A DNA stretch of 64,000 nucleotides. It comes from Acidobacteriota bacterium. Its GTDB lineage: Bacteria > Acidobacteriota > UBA890 > WLXD01. The notes below the pieces were generated by a model. That model was given only the letters and a program-made list of their open reading frames with translations, searched no databases and was not told where the DNA came from. Made by a program: the position numbers and the translations under genes. This document shows, piece by piece, positions 60,106-64,000 of this stretch (its first letter is position 1; each line of letters starts with the position of its first letter). Location of the stretch: positions 256,001 through 320,000 of the forward strand of contig CAXWPH010000002.1 in NCBI GenBank assembly GCA_963666055.2. Direction: 5' to 3'.

Positions 60106-60534
60106 ATGCCGCCAAATGAGAAAGTAAAGGCTGCAGTCGAGCGACTGTTTGCCAGGAAGCCCGACGCTACGACCACTGATTTCCGCAAGGTCGCAGAACG
60201 CGCCGACGAATCGATTCGCACGCAGTCGCCCCGTAGCTTCAACGCTACATACGTGGTGCCCATCAAGCGCCGCGCCGGCGGCAAGAAGCGCAAGAAGGTC
60301 AGTGCCGGAAAACGCACGGTGCGGCGGGCTCGGACCAAGCGCGTAGTGCGACGGCGCGCACCGAGCACTTCGATCAGTCATTCCACTCGAGCTGGCGTCC
60401 GCGGGCTGATCCTTCAACGCGATCAGCAGGTCATAAACGCATTGAGCAGTGGCGGCGATCCGCGGCAGGCTTATGATCTCGGCAGTGGGGTCGACGCCTA
60501 CATCGATGCCCTGGCGAAAGCGTTGCGCATGTAG
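60106..60534 (+). CDS. Basic hypothetical protein, possible nucleic-acid binder
   Basis: Central K/R-rich tract KRRAGGKKRKKVSAGKRTVRRARTKRVVRRR between two helical ends. Confidence 0.65.
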   Translation: MPPNEKVKAAVERLFARKPDATTTDFRKVAERADESIRTQSPRSFNATYVVPIKRRAGGKKRKKVSAGKRTVRRARTKRVVRRRAPSTSISHSTRAGVRGLILQRDQQVINALSSGGDPRQAYDLGSGVDAYIDALAKALRM

Positions 60535-60544
60535 CGGCTAAGAG

Positions 60545-60634
60545 GTTCTGAGGCAGGCGTGCGAGTCGTTGGCCGAGGCGCACAACGAGGGTCTCATTCA
60601 CTGCGACGTCAAGCCCGCCACCACGGTCTGCTAG
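60545..60634 (+). pseudogene. Relic fragment of a Ser/Thr kinase catalytic loop
   Basis: Translates VLRQACESLAEAHNEGLIHCDVKPA, then runs into MITE end CCACCACGGTCTGCTAG. Confidence 0.65.
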
Positions 60635-61752
60635 TCCGACGGTCGGATACTCAGCCCTGTGCGGTCAGGTAGATCGAGCAGGACCCCCCACCCACCGAAT
60701 CCCTCGGTGACGGCGAACCAGAGCTCGTTGTCGCCCGACTGCAGCGGCAGATAAACCGCGTCGTGCAGGCCGATGGTACCGAGGAATCGATAATCTCGGC
60801 TGCGCCACCGGTCGTCGGCCGAAAGCAGCAGCCGACCGTTCAAGTACACGCGTACTCGATCGCTGAAACCGAAGTGGGCCGGGATGGTGCGCGCCTCGGC
60901 GGCGTTGATGGTCAAGGCTGCAATGACGGTGTCGTGGTCCTGGTCGATTCCAGAGAGCCGCGCCAGGTTGGCGATGCCGCGCTCGCCAGCGTGCAGCTGC
61001 TGCCAGCTCCCGGCGATATCGTTGTCGTTGATCTCGGTGCGCCCTTCGAGCTTCGCGACGGCGAACGGGGCCGATACGCTCCACGTATCAACAACCGTCT
61101 CCGCCACCGGCGCAGCTTCCGCGCCGCCACCGACCAGGCCTGGCGAGTCCATCTCGCGAACAGTGACGTTGGCGAAGCGTGCCGGTGCCCCGGAGGAGGT
61201 GATCGCGAAGTGCCCGGCGCGCACCTCGCGGATCAGCTGCGGAATCACGAACACCGGCTCGTCGCTGTCGAGGTAGACCTCGGCGCGGCTGCCCGCCACC
61301 ACCACTTTCATGTGCATCCAGCGATCGAACACCATCTCCATAGGCGCGTTGAAGCGCGGCCCGGCGTAGATCTGCCATCCGGAGATCCCGTTGAACACCG
61401 GCGTGTACTGCGACGCGTCGGGGTTCCCCGACTGGTGCGAGCGAATATAGAAATGCTCGGAGTTGCCTTCGTCGTCGCCACGAAAAGAGATGCCGGCAAA
61501 CCCCTGGGCTTCGGAAACGGCGATGTCGAGCTCGATAACGCCGTTCTTGAAGTCGCTGCCGACGAGCACGGCGCTGCCGCGATCCAAGACCAACGCGTCG
61601 CGTCCGCGGAACGATTCGACGCGGTGGTCCACGGCGTCGACCTTCCAGAGACTCAGGTCGAACGGGTCGTTGGGCGAGCCGGCGCTCGCGGCAACCGGGG
61701 CGATCAGCAGGGTTGCGGCGGCCAGCAAAGCGGTGGTCTTGGACGTCGACAT
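60631..61752 (-). CDS. Secreted beta-sandwich protein (DUF1080/3-keto-disaccharide hydrolase-like)
   Basis: Signal peptide; FKNGVIELDI, FAGISFR, WMHMKVVV, FGFSDRVRVYLNG, GDNELWF. Confidence 0.7.
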   Translation of the reverse strand: MSTSKTTALLAAATLLIAPVAASAGSPNDPFDLSLWKVDAVDHRVESFRGRDALVLDRGSAVLVGSDFKNGVIELDIAVSEAQGFAGISFRGDDEGNSEHFYIRSHQSGNPDASQYTPVFNGISGWQIYAGPRFNAPMEMVFDRWMHMKVVVAGSRAEVYLDSDEPVFVIPQLIREVRAGHFAITSSGAPARFANVTVREMDSPGLVGGGAEAAPVAETVVDTWSVSAPFAVAKLEGRTEINDNDIAGSWQQLHAGERGIANLARLSGIDQDHDTVIAALTINAAEARTIPAHFGFSDRVRVYLNGRLLLSADDRWRSRDYRFLGTIGLHDAVYLPLQSGDNELWFAVTEGFGGWGVLLDLPDRTGLSIRPSD

Positions 61753-61908
61753 GCTTTCCTCCGAAGTTGTCACGGTGCAACGGTGCGCCGATCGCCGATA
61801 GAAGGTAGGGATGGCGCGGTTGGAAGTCAGGAATGGCGCGCCTGTCAGAGAATCAGCCGGGGAAGGACGCTGTCTTGAACGATTCGGACACCGGGTTGAC
61901 CCACCGTC

Positions 61909-62724
61909 TCATGAGTCGCTGGGCGACGAATCGCGCCGCCGCTCGGCGTGCAGGCGGCCGGGCGGCATGCCGCTGAGGCGGCGCACTTCGCGCGTCAGAT
62001 GCGATTGGTCGGCGAAGCCGTGCAGCGCCGCCAGGTCGCTCCACAGGGGTCGATCGGTAGCATCGGCATCGCGCAACACGCCGCGAAAGCGTTCGAGACG
62101 AGCGTAGGCGCGCGGCGCCAGCCCGGTTGACTCTGCCACTACACGGCGGAAGTGCCGGGGCGTGATTCCCAACCCGTCGGCCACCTGTCGCAACCGATCC
62201 GGCCGCCGTGATCGTCGGACTTGCTGCAGGCCACGGTGTACCAGGAGGCTGGCTCCGTCGGGCATGTGCCGTCGAGCCTGTTTGCCGACGAAGTCGAACA
62301 AGCAAGTGAGACTTTCTTCCGCCGATCGCGTTGAGCGCAGCAACTCGAGCAACATCCGGCCGCGGTCGGGCTGCACGACAGCGTAGTCGTCGAGCGCATC
62401 GGTATGGTCGCGTGGGTCGATACCGAGGATCGCCCGCGACCATTCGGGGTGCACCCGTATTGCCTCCATGCGGCGCGTGGGAACCGGCAGGTAGGCGCGC
62501 GTCTCGCGCACCGGGCCGATGAGCAGTATCTTGGGATCTTCGGCGCTGCCCTGTTCGCTACGTCGGCAAGCGAAACAAAGGCTCACGGCTGGTTCCGGGG
62601 CGACGAGGTATCCGGGGTACGCGTCGACCTGCTGTGACGGTGCACGATGCACCCACGCCACGTCTATAACGCGCGCCAGGCTCGCCGGCGGTGCCAGCTC
62701 CCGGTAGGCGCCGATCTGATGCAT
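61909..62724 (-). CDS. AraC-family transcriptional regulator
   Basis: YRELAPP; VADGLGITPRHFRR, LAALHGFADQSHLTREVRRLSGMPP. Confidence 0.9.
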   Translation of the reverse strand: MHQIGAYRELAPPASLARVIDVAWVHRAPSQQVDAYPGYLVAPEPAVSLCFACRRSEQGSAEDPKILLIGPVRETRAYLPVPTRRMEAIRVHPEWSRAILGIDPRDHTDALDDYAVVQPDRGRMLLELLRSTRSAEESLTCLFDFVGKQARRHMPDGASLLVHRGLQQVRRSRRPDRLRQVADGLGITPRHFRRVVAESTGLAPRAYARLERFRGVLRDADATDRPLWSDLAALHGFADQSHLTREVRRLSGMPPGRLHAERRRDSSPSDS

Positions 62725-62919
62725 GGTTCCGCAGTTGTTGCTCAAGGCCTCTGCGCGTCAGCGTCGGGGAGCGCGACCGGTTAGTACAGTATGCCCTAAC
62801 CAGTGATTGCTCCCTTCACGCCACCGAACACGCCCTCGTGCCGGCGCCGGGGGTGTGGCAGTTGCCGTGACGATGGCTACGGCATTGCCCGTGTCAGGCC
62901 GCCTTCCATCTGGCCCCCG

Positions 62920-64000
62920 TGCGGGAGCAAGGAGGATCAAGCTTCTTGGGTGCAGGCGCGGGCCGAGCCGAGCTCGGTGCGGCTGGTCGATGCCTTCGAC
63001 CGGGCAGTAATCACCGGCACCCCGACCACCCCACCCCCCGAGCCGGTAGTGTGGGATTTCAGCGCCGGCAGCGTACCGGGAGGCGGTGAGGCGGGTGTGC
63101 TGCTGGGCGCTCGCGTCATGCAGCAGATCGAAGGGCTGGCACTCCGCGACGGCGCACTCGTGGGGCGCACAACCGGCGAGCTGGGCTTCATTCACATCCC
63201 GGTGCCGAGCGACGCGCGGCTCGAAGGAGCGTTCCACGCCGCCGAGATCCGCCTTCGCGTGTCCGCAGGCACCACCTCCGGCTTCGACTTCGTCTTCGCC
63301 CCCGAGATCGATGACGATGAGGTGCTGCACGCCGCCCAGCAGAACCGCACCCTAGCGGTGATGGCCGATACGACTCCTGGCGACGAGGTCGAGACCCTGA
63401 CCCTCAGCCGCGGCATGGCCAACTTCATGGGCACGGTGTCGATGGGGGCGATCCACCACCTCGCAGTGCGGCCGAGCGACGTGGCCGACGCCGAGTTCGC
63501 CATCGAGTCGATCCGGCTGATCTCACGTCGCGAGCACCTGAGCATCATTCCCTCCGGCGTCTCCTGGCGGGGACTCGGCGAGGTCTACCGCGAGACCATC
63601 GTGTCGCGGGCACCCGAGACCATCCAGATCAACGTCGACGTTCCTAGCCGACCGTGGCTGGAGCTCAACCTCGGCACCATCGAGGACGGCCCGGTGACCT
63701 TCGTCGTCTCGGCTGGCGACGACACCCTGCTGCGACGCACGGTCAGCACGCCAGACCGATGGGAGAGCGTGCCGGTCGATCTGCAGCCCTACGCGGGACA
63801 AAGTGTCGAGCTGACGCTCGGCACCGTCGCCAATGCCGACGGAGCGATTGCCTACTGGGGCACGCCCGTGGTTCGGCAACGCGGCGATCGCGCCCGGGTA
63901 GTGGCCGCGAGCGAGGCCCGCAGTGAGCTGATCGGCAACGCCGACCCACCGCGCGGTGTGATCCTGATCCTCGCCGACACGTTGCGCCGCGACCGGCTTC
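62920..64000 (+). CDS. Sulfatase with long N-terminal domain (runs off window end; start uncertain)
   Basis: Open frame 1 from 62800 to the end, absent from the ORF track because it has no stop; ends PRGVILILADTLRRDRL, the start of a sulfatase domain. Confidence 0.8.

Overview
High-GC bacterial chromosomal segment. The gene repertoire (CRTAC1/ASPIC-UnbV, multiheme-TPR, HEAT-cyclophilin, PEGA kinases, PQQ dehydrogenase, sulfatase) suggests Acidobacteriota; this is inference. It carries about 55 protein genes: PQQ dehydrogenase, rhomboid, amidinotransferase+ArgE, FHA-GAF-SpoIIE phosphatase, multiheme cytochrome-TPR/FG-GAP/RND cluster, iodotyrosine deiodinase-like nitroreductase, class I aldolase, glucokinase, GMC/Gfo-Idh-MocA/KamA-like radical SAM/membrane protein cluster, TonB receptor, M28 peptidase, thiO-thiS-thiG-thiE/tenI, HtrA, YcaQ, RpiB, a decayed FHA/Ser-Thr kinase locus, gdhA and a partial sulfatase. 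I recognised no rRNA, tRNA or CRISPR array. The main non-coding signal is a family of ~272-bp MITE-like elements with 30-bp terminal inverted repeats and nested hairpins: 3 full copies plus many collapsed remnants, sitting at (C)TAG sites that often coincide with stop codons. Also notable: a KamA-like gene that looks inserted between two arms of an inverted repeat, a secreted (RSYGY)n repeat protein, a decayed IS256 that truncates a probable cytochrome gene, and many pseudogenes, some of which may be sequencing errors. Start codons were picked by eye and all family calls come from motif recognition, not database searches.
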